From NCBI GenBank assembly GCA_035998725.1, contig DASYHJ010000003.1, forward strand, positions 53,087 through 117,086: DNA of 64,000 bases, read 5' to 3'. Within the stretch, counting starts at the first letter, position 1. Every line of letters starts with the position of its first letter. Both the position numbers and the translations under genes were made by a program. A model generated the notes under the pieces. It worked only from the letters and a program-made list of their open reading frames with translations. It was not told the DNA's origin and made no database searches. This DNA is from Pirellulaceae bacterium (GTDB lineage Bacteria; Planctomycetota; Planctomycetia; Pirellulales; Pirellulaceae). This document shows positions 18,862 through 29,143 of this stretch, in pieces.

Positions 18862-19245
18862 ATGCTCGCCAACTTCAAGATTCTGACCTTCTCGCTCGTC
18901 GCCGCCTTCGCCCTGATCGCCTCGGCCAGCGCCTACGCCGGCAACGGTCATGGCGGTCACGGACACGGTCACGGTCACAACCATGGCGGTAACGGGCATG
19001 GCCACGGGCACGGGCACGGCCACGGCCACGGGCATGGTCACGGTCATGGACACGGCCATGGTCACAACCACGGCGGTCATGGGCACGGCCATCACCACCA
19101 CGGACATGGCCACTTCCATATCCAACCCTTCCCGTACCAGCAGTTCCCGCACTTTCACAACGGTCATTTTCACAACGGACACTTCCACAACGGCCACTTC
19201 CATGGCCGCAACGGGGGCGGCTTCCAGTTCCACTTCAGCAAGTAA
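18862..19245 (+). CDS. Secreted histidine/glycine-rich repeat protein (putative metal-binding)
   Basis: Signal peptide MLANFKILTFSLVAAFALIASASAYA, then a (HG)n run of about 35 dipeptides, HHHHGHGH, and four FHNGH repeats. The underlying DNA is a CACGGC-type microsatellite. Confidence 0.6.
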   Translation: MLANFKILTFSLVAAFALIASASAYAGNGHGGHGHGHGHNHGGNGHGHGHGHGHGHGHGHGHGHGHGHNHGGHGHGHHHHGHGHFHIQPFPYQQFPHFHNGHFHNGHFHNGHFHGRNGGGFQFHFSK

Positions 19246-19337
19246 CTTTCTGACTCGGCTCTTTCGAAGGCACGATCGGACGGACTTACGAACTCTAACC
19301 TGAGCCAGCCGCGGCCGACTTCTGCCGTCGAAACGAC

Positions 19338-19372
19338 GCGAGGGAGCGTTTCTATCAGGAACGCTCCCTCGC
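19338..19372. terminator. Bidirectional hairpin between convergent genes
   Basis: 13-bp perfect stem GCGAGGGAGCGTT / AACGCTCCCTCGC with a 9-nt loop. Confidence 0.5.
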
Positions 19373-19405
19373 TGCATTTGCCCGAAGCAGATGGATGACT
19401 GTCGC

Positions 19406-21127
19406 TTACTTCCCGCCCCACGCGGCTTCGGCGAAAGCTTCCAGGCCGCTGAAGTCGTTCTGCCAGGTGGTGTACATGGCGCCGTCGATCCCCTCGACGC
19501 CTTCGCCCTGCTCGAGCCAGCCGGCGATCGATCGGGCGTCGGAATCGTAATAGCCCGACAGAATCTGCCGGTGCCCGCGGTCTGCGAAGAAGGGCAGGCT
19601 CTGCTTCGCCGCGCCGTGGTTCCAGTTCACGATCGACATGCTCTCCGGAAGGCCCTTCCACGAACCGGCCAGGTCGCCGTTCACGAGGTAGAAGTCCTTC
19701 GTCGCGTTGTGGTGCGGGTCGAACATGTCCGACCAGACGCAGAGTTCCGCATCGGGCGAGACCTTCCGCACGATCTCCACGCAGCGACGCATGTTTTCCG
19801 CCAGCAGCTCGCCGGCGTCGCGGCCTTCCTTGCGACAGGAACCGCACCAGTTCGCGACGCGGATCTCGTCGTGTGAAAGGAAGAGCGCCTTCGCGTCGTA
19901 GATCTTCTGCACCCGCGCAATCTGATCCTCCAGGATTCCGAAGACCTTCGGGTGGGCGAGGCAGCAGATGACCTGGTTGTCGTACACCAGCGCCGTGTGC
20001 GAGAAGCTGACGCTCAGCCGTTCGCCGTCGCGGATGCGGGAGTCCTTCGTCAAAGTCAGCGTCGGCGGTTCGTGCCAGACTTCGTACGTTCCCGGGTACT
20101 CGACGTTCCCCATCTTCGGGTCGACCAGCCGCTCGAAATCCCGGCCTTCTTCGAAGGGGGCGCCGTTCTCGCCCGCCACGGTCAGCTCGCAGCCGTCGCG
20201 GCGGAGCAGGTTCACGAAAGCGGTCTCTTCCAATTGCAAATCGTCCATCCAGAGCTTGCCGCCGCGACCGCCCCACGTTCCGCAGTAAATGCGGATCTCT
20301 TCGTTCGCCAGGCTGTTGAAGACGACGTCGTGACGCGTCCAGTCCTGCGTGGGCTTCACGCCCAGGTTCGAATACGTGAGCGTCCGTCCGTCGGCCCCGA
20401 TCGCGGTCAGCCGCACCTCGTTCGCCGCCTTCCAATCCTCCGTCTTGATCCAGACTGAGGCATGGAACTGGCGCCAGGGCGCGACCTTCACGACGCGCGA
20501 GACGCGGTAGTTGCCGCCCGCGCCGTCCGTTTCCGGCGCCTCCCAACGCAGCGAGCTCTGGCCCCCATGCTTCACGTCGGAATCGACGAAGCTCGACTCG
20601 CCCGGTCCGTCCTGAAAGCTCCATCCCGGAACGAGATGATTCTTATGCGTCTCGAAACCGCCGCCGGGCAGCGCCGTGACGAGGTCGCTTGCCAGCTTCG
20701 CCTGTCCGTTCGTCGCGACGAAGGGCGCCTCGCGAACGGGAATGCCTTCTGCCAGATCGAGATCGTGAACGAGCAGCCCGTCGCTGTAACCGATCGACGC
20801 GACGGTCGGGATGATCTCGATCTCGAGCTCGCCCGCCAGCTTCTTGAACTGGCTGGCGTGGTCGAAGTACCAGTCGGGCACGCGGTCCAGGACGTTGTGC
20901 TTGAAGTCGGAAATCACGACGCCGTTGTATCCGGCGGCCTTCGCCCGCTTGAGCAGATCTTCCGCCTTGACCAGGTTCTCTTTCACCTGCAGGTTCGTCT
21001 GCAAGTAGACCCAGCGCCGGGCGAGCTTCTCCTCCGCGGCGGCGTCGGTCGCGGCGCACACGAAAATCGCCGAAGCGAGCACTGCGACGCAGCGTAGCGA
21101 TCGCGACGAATCAAGGAAAACGCCCAT
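19406..21127 (-). CDS. Secreted glycoside-hydrolase-like protein with inserted carbohydrate-binding-like beta-sandwich
   Basis: Signal peptide. TIM-barrel-like N-terminal segments (GYNGVVISDFK). Central 'GWSFQDG...RWEAPE...' CBM-like module. The family cannot be assigned from sequence alone. Confidence 0.4.
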   Translation of the reverse strand: MGVFLDSSRSLRCVAVLASAIFVCAATDAAAEEKLARRWVYLQTNLQVKENLVKAEDLLKRAKAAGYNGVVISDFKHNVLDRVPDWYFDHASQFKKLAGELEIEIIPTVASIGYSDGLLVHDLDLAEGIPVREAPFVATNGQAKLASDLVTALPGGGFETHKNHLVPGWSFQDGPGESSFVDSDVKHGGQSSLRWEAPETDGAGGNYRVSRVVKVAPWRQFHASVWIKTEDWKAANEVRLTAIGADGRTLTYSNLGVKPTQDWTRHDVVFNSLANEEIRIYCGTWGGRGGKLWMDDLQLEETAFVNLLRRDGCELTVAGENGAPFEEGRDFERLVDPKMGNVEYPGTYEVWHEPPTLTLTKDSRIRDGERLSVSFSHTALVYDNQVICCLAHPKVFGILEDQIARVQKIYDAKALFLSHDEIRVANWCGSCRKEGRDAGELLAENMRRCVEIVRKVSPDAELCVWSDMFDPHHNATKDFYLVNGDLAGSWKGLPESMSIVNWNHGAAKQSLPFFADRGHRQILSGYYDSDARSIAGWLEQGEGVEGIDGAMYTTWQNDFSGLEAFAEAAWGGK

Positions 21128-21239
21128 GGCGAGAACTCGCGGCAGGAGGAGAGGGAAGACCTCTCATCGTAGCCGAGACGATAGTCGACCGAGGACGATC
21201 GCGTCAGCGTTTAGATTGCCTACCATCCGACTTCGATCG

Positions 21240-22115
21240 TTAGCGTGTCGGCGACAGCCCCGGGGGTTCGACCGGGACGGCATCGCCTCCGATTTTACGG
21301 GATGCGGCATAAGGGTCGACGCTTGGACCCACTTCGTAGAGCGGCGGCGTGGGGAGCTGCGTCACGGGTTCGACCGGAGGCAGACGACGAACTAGCTCGG
21401 ACAGATAGACACTGCTGTCGCAAGCGTTTACGACACGCACTGCGGTGTTGTATTCAGCTTCCAGACGCGCGATCGTCTGCCGGTCGACTTCGAACTGGTT
21501 CCAGGCAACATTGGCCGCCCTTTCCATGTCGTCGTCAGGATTGACTCGATCCGTCACCTTCTTCCTGCGTGCCTTTTGAGCCGCGAGGCGCTCCTGATCA
21601 AGCTGCTTCGCTAGAAACGGATTTCCTGCTTCGGCGGCTGCCAAGATCTTGTCTTCGTAGGCTTCTTGTTCCGCTTCCGACAATACGGCGCTTGGAAACC
21701 GTTTGGCGAAATCGGCGATCCGTGCCACAGATTCCGTCCTTGCCCGGCCAAGTTCCCGCGCCGCGACTTCGAGCCGCGCTCGGCGATGAGCCCGATCGAC
21801 CGTCAGCTTTTCTAAGGCCATCTGGATGACCTCGCTGCCATCTTTGCCGTTAAGGGCAGTCCGTCGCGCCTCGGACGTCACGTCGGGGTCGGCCACCGTT
21901 ACTTCGGTCTCCTTCACCGTCGAGAAAAACACGTCCATAGCATTGCGGAACGCTTCCTGATCGCTGCCATGAAGCGACAGTTCCACGACGTGACGAGATT
22001 CAGCAAATTTTTCTTCCGAGGAGCCATCCAGGCGCGGAGGCGCTTGCACCTGAGGCTCGCTCACGCAACCTCCCAATATCGCCGCCAAGGCGAAGGCCGC
22101 GACCGAACGTTGCAT
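21240..22115 (-). CDS. hypothetical lipoprotein
   Basis: Lipobox 'AAILGGC'. Coiled-coil-rich, no known domain. Confidence 0.45.
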   Translation of the reverse strand: MQRSVAAFALAAILGGCVSEPQVQAPPRLDGSSEEKFAESRHVVELSLHGSDQEAFRNAMDVFFSTVKETEVTVADPDVTSEARRTALNGKDGSEVIQMALEKLTVDRAHRRARLEVAARELGRARTESVARIADFAKRFPSAVLSEAEQEAYEDKILAAAEAGNPFLAKQLDQERLAAQKARRKKVTDRVNPDDDMERAANVAWNQFEVDRQTIARLEAEYNTAVRVVNACDSSVYLSELVRRLPPVEPVTQLPTPPLYEVGPSVDPYAASRKIGGDAVPVEPPGLSPTR

Positions 22116-22208
22116 AGATTGACCTCGCGATAGGAGAATGGCGGCTCCATTATGCCGTTGCCTCCTTACCCTGTCACGCTGCGGCGACAGGAGATGCGAA
22201 CGTGGCGA

Positions 22209-23657
22209 CTAGAACGCGACGTTCGCCCGGACGCCTGTTACGATCGACGGATCGACGGCGGAGGCCGCCGGCATGACCACCTGAAAATCAGGCGTAATCT
22301 GCATCCAGGGAGCGACCTGGACGTTGTAGAAAAGCTCCACCGCCTGGGCGTCGCCGACAGGTCCGATCGCCGACGCCAGAGCCGGAGACAATTCCGAACT
22401 GGCGCCCGCGTAGAACCATCCCGCGCCGAACGTGTCGGCCTCGCGGCGGTGGATCGGGCTGTTGCCGCCGATGCCTCCGCTCACGAACCACGCGACCGGG
22501 TTCGCCTGTTCGTCGGCCAGGCCCGCGCGGCCGAACACGCCCCAGCCGCGCGATCCGTTCTCATCGTACGTCACCAGGTGTTGGTCGCAATTCCAATAGA
22601 GCGACCACGATCCCGACTGCTGATTGATCGGCGTCCCCGGAAGGACGATCCGCGGATCGTTGTCGAGGGCGACGAAGTCCCGGCTGCTCCAGGTTCCGCC
22701 CAGAAGCTGATGCCCCGGCATGTCGAACAGGTGCGTCGGCAAACGGCCTTCCGCGACGACGACGGCGCCTTCCGTGAAGAGCTTGCCGAAGCCGGTCGAG
22801 CGCGTCGTGTCGAGCGCGTTGAGCACGCCCACGCGTCCGATCGATTCGCCTTCGTGAAGAAAGATCGCGCCGGCGCCGAGGGTCGAATACGGAACCGTAC
22901 GAAGCGTCACCGGATTGACGACGAAACCTATGTTCGAAAACTGCGTCTTGCCGCGACCGCTGGCGAAGGCGTTCTGGTCGCCGTCCATCGTGTCCAGTTT
23001 TCCGCCGTAGATCGCGACGTTCTCCGACACCGCCTGAGTGAGGAGTACGTTCGTCAGGTAAACGTTCTCTCCCACGCGCGTCGGAAGATCCGCCAGCACG
23101 TTCGAGGGGAGCAGCGCGCCCGTCGCCCCCGCGAGCGACTCTCCCCAGCGATGCTCCGCGCGGAGTTGGATTCCGAATCCCTGCCAGCCGAGAAGTCGCT
23201 CCCCGTCGAGGAGCGCCACGTAGTCGCCATGCCCGGCGTAGCGATACTCCCGGTCGCGACCGCCCGAGGAGACGCCGTAATAGAACTGTGTCAGGTCGGT
23301 CCTGAGCGTCACGCCGGTGTCGGCGAGCGCGGGCCGGACGCCGCACCACTCGCCGCCGAGGGTCGAGCGCTCCCAGATTCCGTCGCCGGGCGGAGCGACC
23401 GCGGAACGGCAATAGCCGAAGCAATCGCGGCGGCCGCAGAATTCGCAGGCCGAGGCGCCGAGCCGGGAAGCGTTCGGAACCGATGGCGGAACGGGGGGAA
23501 CCGCGACAGGCGCCGGTTCCGGCGCGAAAACGGGGTTCGCCTCGGCCTCCGCCCGGACGAACGCGCCGCCGATCTCGGCGCCTCGCACGACGGCGCTCGA
23601 ACCGGCAAGCGCCGGAAGCGAAGCGGCGAGGAGCAGGATGCGAATGGTGCGCGACAT
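22209..23657 (-). CDS. Outer-membrane porin, carbohydrate-selective OprB-like
   Basis: Signal peptide, Cys-containing N-terminal region, alternating beta-strand pattern, C-terminal aromatic (…RANVAF). Confidence 0.45.
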   Translation of the reverse strand: MSRTIRILLLAASLPALAGSSAVVRGAEIGGAFVRAEAEANPVFAPEPAPVAVPPVPPSVPNASRLGASACEFCGRRDCFGYCRSAVAPPGDGIWERSTLGGEWCGVRPALADTGVTLRTDLTQFYYGVSSGGRDREYRYAGHGDYVALLDGERLLGWQGFGIQLRAEHRWGESLAGATGALLPSNVLADLPTRVGENVYLTNVLLTQAVSENVAIYGGKLDTMDGDQNAFASGRGKTQFSNIGFVVNPVTLRTVPYSTLGAGAIFLHEGESIGRVGVLNALDTTRSTGFGKLFTEGAVVVAEGRLPTHLFDMPGHQLLGGTWSSRDFVALDNDPRIVLPGTPINQQSGSWSLYWNCDQHLVTYDENGSRGWGVFGRAGLADEQANPVAWFVSGGIGGNSPIHRREADTFGAGWFYAGASSELSPALASAIGPVGDAQAVELFYNVQVAPWMQITPDFQVVMPAASAVDPSIVTGVRANVAF

Positions 23658-23948
23658 AACGGTTCCGAATCAGCGGGCTCAGGCCGTTTCATCGGCTCGT
23701 CCGGTTCCCCCGGAAAAACCTGGTGAGGTTGCGCGTCCTATCTTCCCAGTCGAACCTGCGACCTTGCCGGTCAGGCAACATCGAATGCCTGAACGCGACA
23801 TCGATCGGCGTCGCGGCTGCTCCGGTCGTGACGGTCGCATTCGCGAAGGCAGCCCCGGTCACGCGACGTCGGCAGCCGGTCGATGTAGCCGGAAGGCGAC
23901 GCTCGCGTCACGACAGCCGTCCTCTCCGCCTTTCCGATCGACGACTGA

Positions 23949-25610
23949 ATGGCAGTGCAGGTTGGCCGGCTCTTCTCGCTCTTGTCCGCTGCCCGCAGTC
24001 AGGCGCCGGCATACGCGCTTTCGGCGAAGCAGGCCGCGGCGATCGCGACGCTTTCGCTCCTCTTCATCGTGCAGTGCGCGTTGCCGTTGCGGCCCAGCGG
24101 CATCTTCCGCGACCTGATCCACGCGGAGGCGATCGTCGCCGAAGGGGGCCTGCCCGCCGCCGATCCGACGCTGCCGTACGCGGACCACGCTCGCTTCGTC
24201 GTGCTGAATCCGGGCGGCGCGCTGATCGAACGGGCGGCGTGGAAGCTGTTCGGCGTCTCCGGACTGCTCGTGTTATCTGCCGCCCTCGCGACGGCGGCCA
24301 CCGGGCTCTGGTGCGCCTGGGCCGTGCGGCGGGGCGGCGACTTATCAGGCGCAGGACCCACGCTTCTCTGGACGGTCGCCGTCGGCTGGGGCTTCTACGA
24401 CGCGGCAGGAACCGCCCGCTTCGGCTTCGTCCTCCTGCCGGCTCTGTTTCTATTGCTCGACGGCGCCGGCCTGTGGAGTCGGGGCGCGGGGCTGCTTCGT
24501 TCTCCGTCCCCGTCGCGTTTCAGCGCCCGCGTCTGCCTCGCCGCGATGCCGGTCCTGTTCGCTCTCTGGGTCAACCTGGACGCGAGTTGGATCCTGGGCC
24601 TGGCCGCGCTCTGGCTGGTGATCGCGGGACGAACGACGGAGATCCTTCAGGATCGTCGGGCGAGTCGCGCCAGCGGCCGGGCGAGCATTTGCGTCGGGCT
24701 CTCGACCGGGCTCGCTTCGACGCTCGCGACGCTGGCGAATCCCTACGGCTGGAAGCTGTGGGGCCTGCTCACCCTTCCGCTCGCGAACGATCCCTTCGTC
24801 GCGACGCTGGGGCCGTTCGTCACGCTGGCGGCGTGGAGCTTCACCGGAGTTCTCTCGGCGATCGTTCTCGCAGCTACCGTGCGGGCGCTCGCGAAGGGCT
24901 CGCTTCGAATCCGTTACGTCGAGGCGCTGCTTTTCACGGGCGGTCTGGCGTTCGCCTTCGCTGCCGAGGAGGGCCGTCTCTGGACGCTGCCGCTTCTGGG
25001 GGCGATGGTTCTGCCGCCGGTCTGGCGAGAAGCGCTCGACCGGCTCGATCGCTACCGCGGCGGTCGCACGACTCTGCCGGAAGGCCGTGACGCTGACTTC
25101 GACGAAGCGACGGCTGCCCGGCAGTCGCTTTCGCAATGGGCGCCGAGCGGCTTCGCCTGCCTTTCGCTCGCCGGGGCCTTCCTGCTCACGCCGGCAAGCG
25201 ATTCGCTGCTGGGACGCGAGAGCGAAACGCTGCGGTCCGTAGTCATCGACGCGCCGCTCGCCGACGTTCCGCCGGACGCCTTCGACGCCGGGCTCGCCTT
25301 CGCGCCCCCGTGGTGGAGCGAAGCCTTCGCCTTTCAGCGCCTCGTCGACGATCCGAAGTCGCCCGCGCGGTTGCTTACGGACTCTCGGCAGGCGACGTTG
25401 CCCCCTTCGATGCGCGACGACGTCGCACGCGTCCTCGCCGGCGAGGAAGGCTGGGCGGCCATTCTCGATCGGTACGAAACGAAGACGTTGCTGCTCGACG
25501 CACTGCGTCAAATAGAACTGGTCGAACTGGCCCGTGCGGAGCCGCGGTGGCGCGAGGTCGCGGCGACCGACTCGCTCGTCGTCTTTCGCCGGGAGGATCG
25601 CAGACGATGA
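23949..25610 (+). CDS. Polytopic integral membrane protein (10+ TM), function unknown
   Basis: 553 aa dominated by hydrophobic helices. Its stop overlaps the next gene's start (ATGA). Confidence 0.5.
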   Translation: MAVQVGRLFSLLSAARSQAPAYALSAKQAAAIATLSLLFIVQCALPLRPSGIFRDLIHAEAIVAEGGLPAADPTLPYADHARFVVLNPGGALIERAAWKLFGVSGLLVLSAALATAATGLWCAWAVRRGGDLSGAGPTLLWTVAVGWGFYDAAGTARFGFVLLPALFLLLDGAGLWSRGAGLLRSPSPSRFSARVCLAAMPVLFALWVNLDASWILGLAALWLVIAGRTTEILQDRRASRASGRASICVGLSTGLASTLATLANPYGWKLWGLLTLPLANDPFVATLGPFVTLAAWSFTGVLSAIVLAATVRALAKGSLRIRYVEALLFTGGLAFAFAAEEGRLWTLPLLGAMVLPPVWREALDRLDRYRGGRTTLPEGRDADFDEATAARQSLSQWAPSGFACLSLAGAFLLTPASDSLLGRESETLRSVVIDAPLADVPPDAFDAGLAFAPPWWSEAFAFQRLVDDPKSPARLLTDSRQATLPPSMRDDVARVLAGEEGWAAILDRYETKTLLLDALRQIELVELARAEPRWREVAATDSLVVFRREDRRR

Positions 25611-26869
25611 AGGGTCTGAGAAATACGCTGGCGCCGATCGCCGTCGCGTCGATGGCGCTGGCGGTGGTCGCAGCCGCGTCGCTCGGCTATCGCGAAGTTG
25701 GTTCCGAGGGGGGACCGCCGCTCTGGCGCGAACAGCCGCGTCGGCTGACGACGACGGCGAACCTGCCGGAGGCGTTGAACGACGAGCAACTCGCCGGCGT
25801 CCTGGTCAAGCTCCGCCCTCGCTTTCGGCGCGGCGAGATCAAGATCAACTACGTCGATCACGCCCTGCGGTGCTGGGGGTTGCCCGCCGAATTCGACGAC
25901 CGGCAGTCGCTGTCGGGCGACGCGATGCGGCAGTTGCTGATCGACCACCGGGCGTTCGTGGACGTTTACGGAGCCGCGACGCCTCCCTTGATGCGGCATT
26001 CCGGCCCGGGGCTGCTCGTTCGCGTGCAGAAGGGCCCCTCCACGTCGAGCCACGTCGATCACACGCTGGCTACGCTGGCCGAGATCGGAACGCCTGCGAG
26101 CTTTCCCGTCGCGACGGCTGACGGCCCGGCGACGGTCCGCGACCTGCTCGACGGCGCCTTCGCGAATTTCGCGTTCGCTCAGCCGGAGTACGAATGGACC
26201 GCGCTGGCGCACTTTCTGTTCGCGGAAGATCCCTCGCGATCCTTCGTCGCTGCCGACGGTCAGGTCGTCACGCTCGACGATCTGGCGGAACGCCTGATGC
26301 GGCAGACGCTCGATCAGGGGTGTTGCTACGGCAACCACCGGCTGTACGCGCTTGCTGTACTGGAGCGCCTCGACCGCGAAGCGGAAGCGAACCGTCACGG
26401 CTGGTTGAAGGCGCCTTCCCGCCTGCGGCTTCGCGACCATCTATCGCAGGCGACGGCGACGCTGATCGTGACGCAGACTCCTGCCGGTTGCTGGGAAGTC
26501 AACGGTCTCGCGCCGCAGCGCGTTCCGGACGAGGAAATGTCGCCCCGTGCGCGCCGGATCCTGATGACCGGTCATGCCCTGGAGTTCTGGGCGATGGCGT
26601 CGCCGGAATATCACCCGCCCCGCGAGACGGTCATCCGGGCGTCGCAGTGGCTCGTCCGCCAGATCGACGCGATGTCCGATAAGGACGTCCGGGAGGAGTA
26701 CACCTACCTCTCGCACGCCTGCCGGGCCCTATGTCTGTGGCGGGGCGAGGAGCCGCACGAGAGCTGGCGACGGCTCGACCCGCTGGCGAGCGAGAGCAAT
26801 CCTGAGCCGCGTCGGGAGTTGGAAGCGCGGGCTCAGCAGGCGATCAGCCGCGTCTTTCCCGCGTCCTGA
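25607..26869 (+). CDS. hypothetical secreted protein
   Basis: Start taken at the ATG at 25607 (MKGLRNTLAPIAVASMALAVVAAASLG, a signal peptide). The longer track ORF starting at 25136 is an upstream artefact. Confidence 0.45.
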   Translation: MKGLRNTLAPIAVASMALAVVAAASLGYREVGSEGGPPLWREQPRRLTTTANLPEALNDEQLAGVLVKLRPRFRRGEIKINYVDHALRCWGLPAEFDDRQSLSGDAMRQLLIDHRAFVDVYGAATPPLMRHSGPGLLVRVQKGPSTSSHVDHTLATLAEIGTPASFPVATADGPATVRDLLDGAFANFAFAQPEYEWTALAHFLFAEDPSRSFVAADGQVVTLDDLAERLMRQTLDQGCCYGNHRLYALAVLERLDREAEANRHGWLKAPSRLRLRDHLSQATATLIVTQTPAGCWEVNGLAPQRVPDEEMSPRARRILMTGHALEFWAMASPEYHPPRETVIRASQWLVRQIDAMSDKDVREEYTYLSHACRALCLWRGEEPHESWRRLDPLASESNPEPRRELEARAQQAISRVFPAS

Positions 26870-27681
26870 TAACAGGCGCCGCTGGCGTAGACCGACAGGT
26901 TCGGCAGCGGGCGAAATAGTCCGGCATGGTGGCAGTGGCCGCAGTACGTCTCGATCCGCCGATCAGGCCGCGCGAGCGCCGCCTCGGTCAGCGCCTCGCC
27001 GACCGAGCCGCAGACGAAGTGGGGCGCCCAGCAGTCGTCGGCGATGTAGCCCTTGTACCGGCAGGCCTCCCGGTAAGGCGGAACGTGCGTCGCGACCAGA
27101 ACGGTCCGCGCCGAAGCGAACGCCGCCTCCAGCTTCGGACGAAGCCGCTCCGCCGAACCTCGGCCCAGGCGTTCCAGTCGCTCCGCGCGTGACGCGGCGT
27201 CGATGTCGGACAGTTCGGGAATCCGCTCGTAGTCCCGCATCGTCACGTCGGAACCCAGGAAGCTTCCGACGCGACCGTCCGACCAGCCGTCGTCGCCGAC
27301 CAGCGCCGTGCGAGCGTTCAAGAAGGCTGGATCCTCCGCGGTCAGGTAGTTCAATCTCCGACTGCCTCGGGCCAGCGCGGCGACCTCCCGCCTGATCGCC
27401 TCGATCGAACCGTCGTAGAAATCATGGTTGCCCAGGACGAAGTACAGCGGCTTCGTCAGGTATTTATCGATATGGGCGAGCGTCGGCAGCAGCAGCGCTC
27501 CCTCGGCGATGTCGCCCGTGCAGACGACGGCGTCGGCGGCGCTCCGGTTCCACGCGTCGACGATCGCCTCGACGGCGTCCGGCGCTTCCGCGTTTTCGAA
27601 ATGCAGGTCCGAAACCCAGGCAAGCAGCATGACGAGATTGCGATCGGAAACGGCGAGACGCAGCGCCCTTCGGCGGACCAT
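26833..27681 (-). CDS. Metallophosphoesterase (calcineurin-like)
   Basis: Motifs 'DLHF', 'GNHD', 'GHCHH'. Trimmed to the ATG at 27679-27681 (MVRRRALRLAVSDRN...). Confidence 0.7.
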   Translation of the reverse strand: MVRRRALRLAVSDRNLVMLLAWVSDLHFENAEAPDAVEAIVDAWNRSAADAVVCTGDIAEGALLLPTLAHIDKYLTKPLYFVLGNHDFYDGSIEAIRREVAALARGSRRLNYLTAEDPAFLNARTALVGDDGWSDGRVGSFLGSDVTMRDYERIPELSDIDAASRAERLERLGRGSAERLRPKLEAAFASARTVLVATHVPPYREACRYKGYIADDCWAPHFVCGSVGEALTEAALARPDRRIETYCGHCHHAGLFRPLPNLSVYASGACYQDAGKTRLIAC

Positions 27682-27742
27682 ACTATAGGCCCTCTCGGAA
27701 TCGGGGATCTCCCCTCTTTTCGCTTCTCGACGGCTTGCCTCT

Positions 27743-29119
27743 ATGTACGACCCGTTGAGATTCGGTTTGGCGGTCGGGGCTCTGGCCCTGTTCGCTGTGT
27801 TGTCGTCCTCCGCGGCCGACGCTGACCAGGCGAAGGGCCGACGCCCCAACGTCGTGATCTTCCTGGCCGACGACATGCGTCCCGATTCCATCGCGGCGCT
27901 GGGCAACGTGGACGTCAAGACGCCGCACCTCGACGCGCTCGCCCGGCGCAGCCTGGTCTTTCGCCGCGCATACTGCATGGGAGGGAACAGCGGAGCCGTC
28001 TGCAGGCCCAGCCGGAATATGCTCCTCAGCGGCGACGCCTTCTTTCGCTTCGGCGCCTCGCCCGACGCGTCGCCCGAGCCGCCGAACCTGCCCTGGTCGT
28101 TCGGGGAGGCGGGTTACGTCACCTACTCGCACAGCAAGAAGGGCAACGTCGCCAAGGGCATTCAAGCCCAGTTCGACGTCGACCGCTACCTGAAGAACGA
28201 CGAAGTCGCCCGGACGGACGGAGAACCGACGAAGGAGACCGTCGACGACGCGCTCGCGTTCCTTCAGGAGCGCGCGAATGCAGAGGACGACAAGCCCTTC
28301 CTGATGTTCCTGGCGCCGGCGAACCCGCATGATCCGCGGGTGGCGGACGAGCGTTGGTACGAAGGCTACGACGCCGATCAGTTCACGCTCCCTCCGAACG
28401 TCATGCCGCAGCATCCCTTCGACAACGGAGAGATGCTCGTCCGCGACGAGCGTCTCCTGCCGTGGCCGCGGACCGAGGCCGACGTACGGCAGACGCTGCT
28501 CGATTACTACGCTGTCGTCACCGCCATGGACCACCAGATCGGGCGCCTGACGCAGGCGCTCGAAGAACACGGCTTCGCCGACGACACGATCTTCGTCTTT
28601 ACTGCCGACCAGGGAATCGCGCTGGGCAGTCACGGGCTGCTCGGCAAGCAGAACCTGTACGAGCACTCGATGGGCGTGCCGTTGCTCATCGCCGGGCCCG
28701 GCGTGAAGAGCGGCGATTCGCAGGCGCTTGTTTACCTCATCGACGTCTACCCCACGCTCTGCGAACTCGCCGGCCTCTCCGCTCCCGAAGGCATCGACGG
28801 CAGGTCCTTCGCGAACGTCGTCTCGGCGCCGGAGTCGGACGCCCGCGACGAACTGGTCCTGGGTTATCGTGACGTCCAGCGGGCCCTCGTCACCGACCGC
28901 TGGAAGCTGATCCGTTACCCGCAGGTCGACGTGACGCAGCTATTCGACCTGAAGAGCGATTCGCACGAACTGCGCGACCTGAGCCAGTCGCCCGAGCATC
29001 GGGAAACGGCGCGCCGGCTGCTCAGCCGGCTCGAGACGGCGAAGTCCGCTCTCGGCGACGAAGCGCGGCTCTCCGTGAAGCCCTATCGACCTGCTGCCTG
29101 GTCGCCGCCGGCGGAATGA
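27743..29119 (+). CDS. Cys-type sulfatase
   Basis: Signal peptide. 'VCRPSRNMLLSG' CxPxR FGE-target motif. 'FLADDMRPD'. Confidence 0.85.
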   Translation: MYDPLRFGLAVGALALFAVLSSSAADADQAKGRRPNVVIFLADDMRPDSIAALGNVDVKTPHLDALARRSLVFRRAYCMGGNSGAVCRPSRNMLLSGDAFFRFGASPDASPEPPNLPWSFGEAGYVTYSHSKKGNVAKGIQAQFDVDRYLKNDEVARTDGEPTKETVDDALAFLQERANAEDDKPFLMFLAPANPHDPRVADERWYEGYDADQFTLPPNVMPQHPFDNGEMLVRDERLLPWPRTEADVRQTLLDYYAVVTAMDHQIGRLTQALEEHGFADDTIFVFTADQGIALGSHGLLGKQNLYEHSMGVPLLIAGPGVKSGDSQALVYLIDVYPTLCELAGLSAPEGIDGRSFANVVSAPESDARDELVLGYRDVQRALVTDRWKLIRYPQVDVTQLFDLKSDSHELRDLSQSPEHRETARRLLSRLETAKSALGDEARLSVKPYRPAAWSPPAE

Positions 29120-29143
29120 CGCGTGGCACTCAGCTTCCCAGAC

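Noticed and set aside
18950-19110. Possible CRISPR array (regular short repeats)
   Set aside because: It is a coding hexanucleotide microsatellite with no unique spacers. The Family-A/B/C repeats are inverted or tandem hairpins without spacer structure and without cas genes.
18709-19377. 222-aa minus-strand ORF across the His-Gly repeat region
   Set aside because: It is the mirror reading of the (CACGGC)n tract. The plus-strand gene has a signal peptide and RBS context, so only it was kept.
25136-25606. N-terminal extension of the 25607-26869 gene (track ORF starts at 25136)
   Set aside because: The extension overlaps the upstream membrane-protein gene in another frame and is Arg-rich low complexity. 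An ATG with a signal peptide at 25607 coupled to the upstream stop (ATGA) is the credible start.
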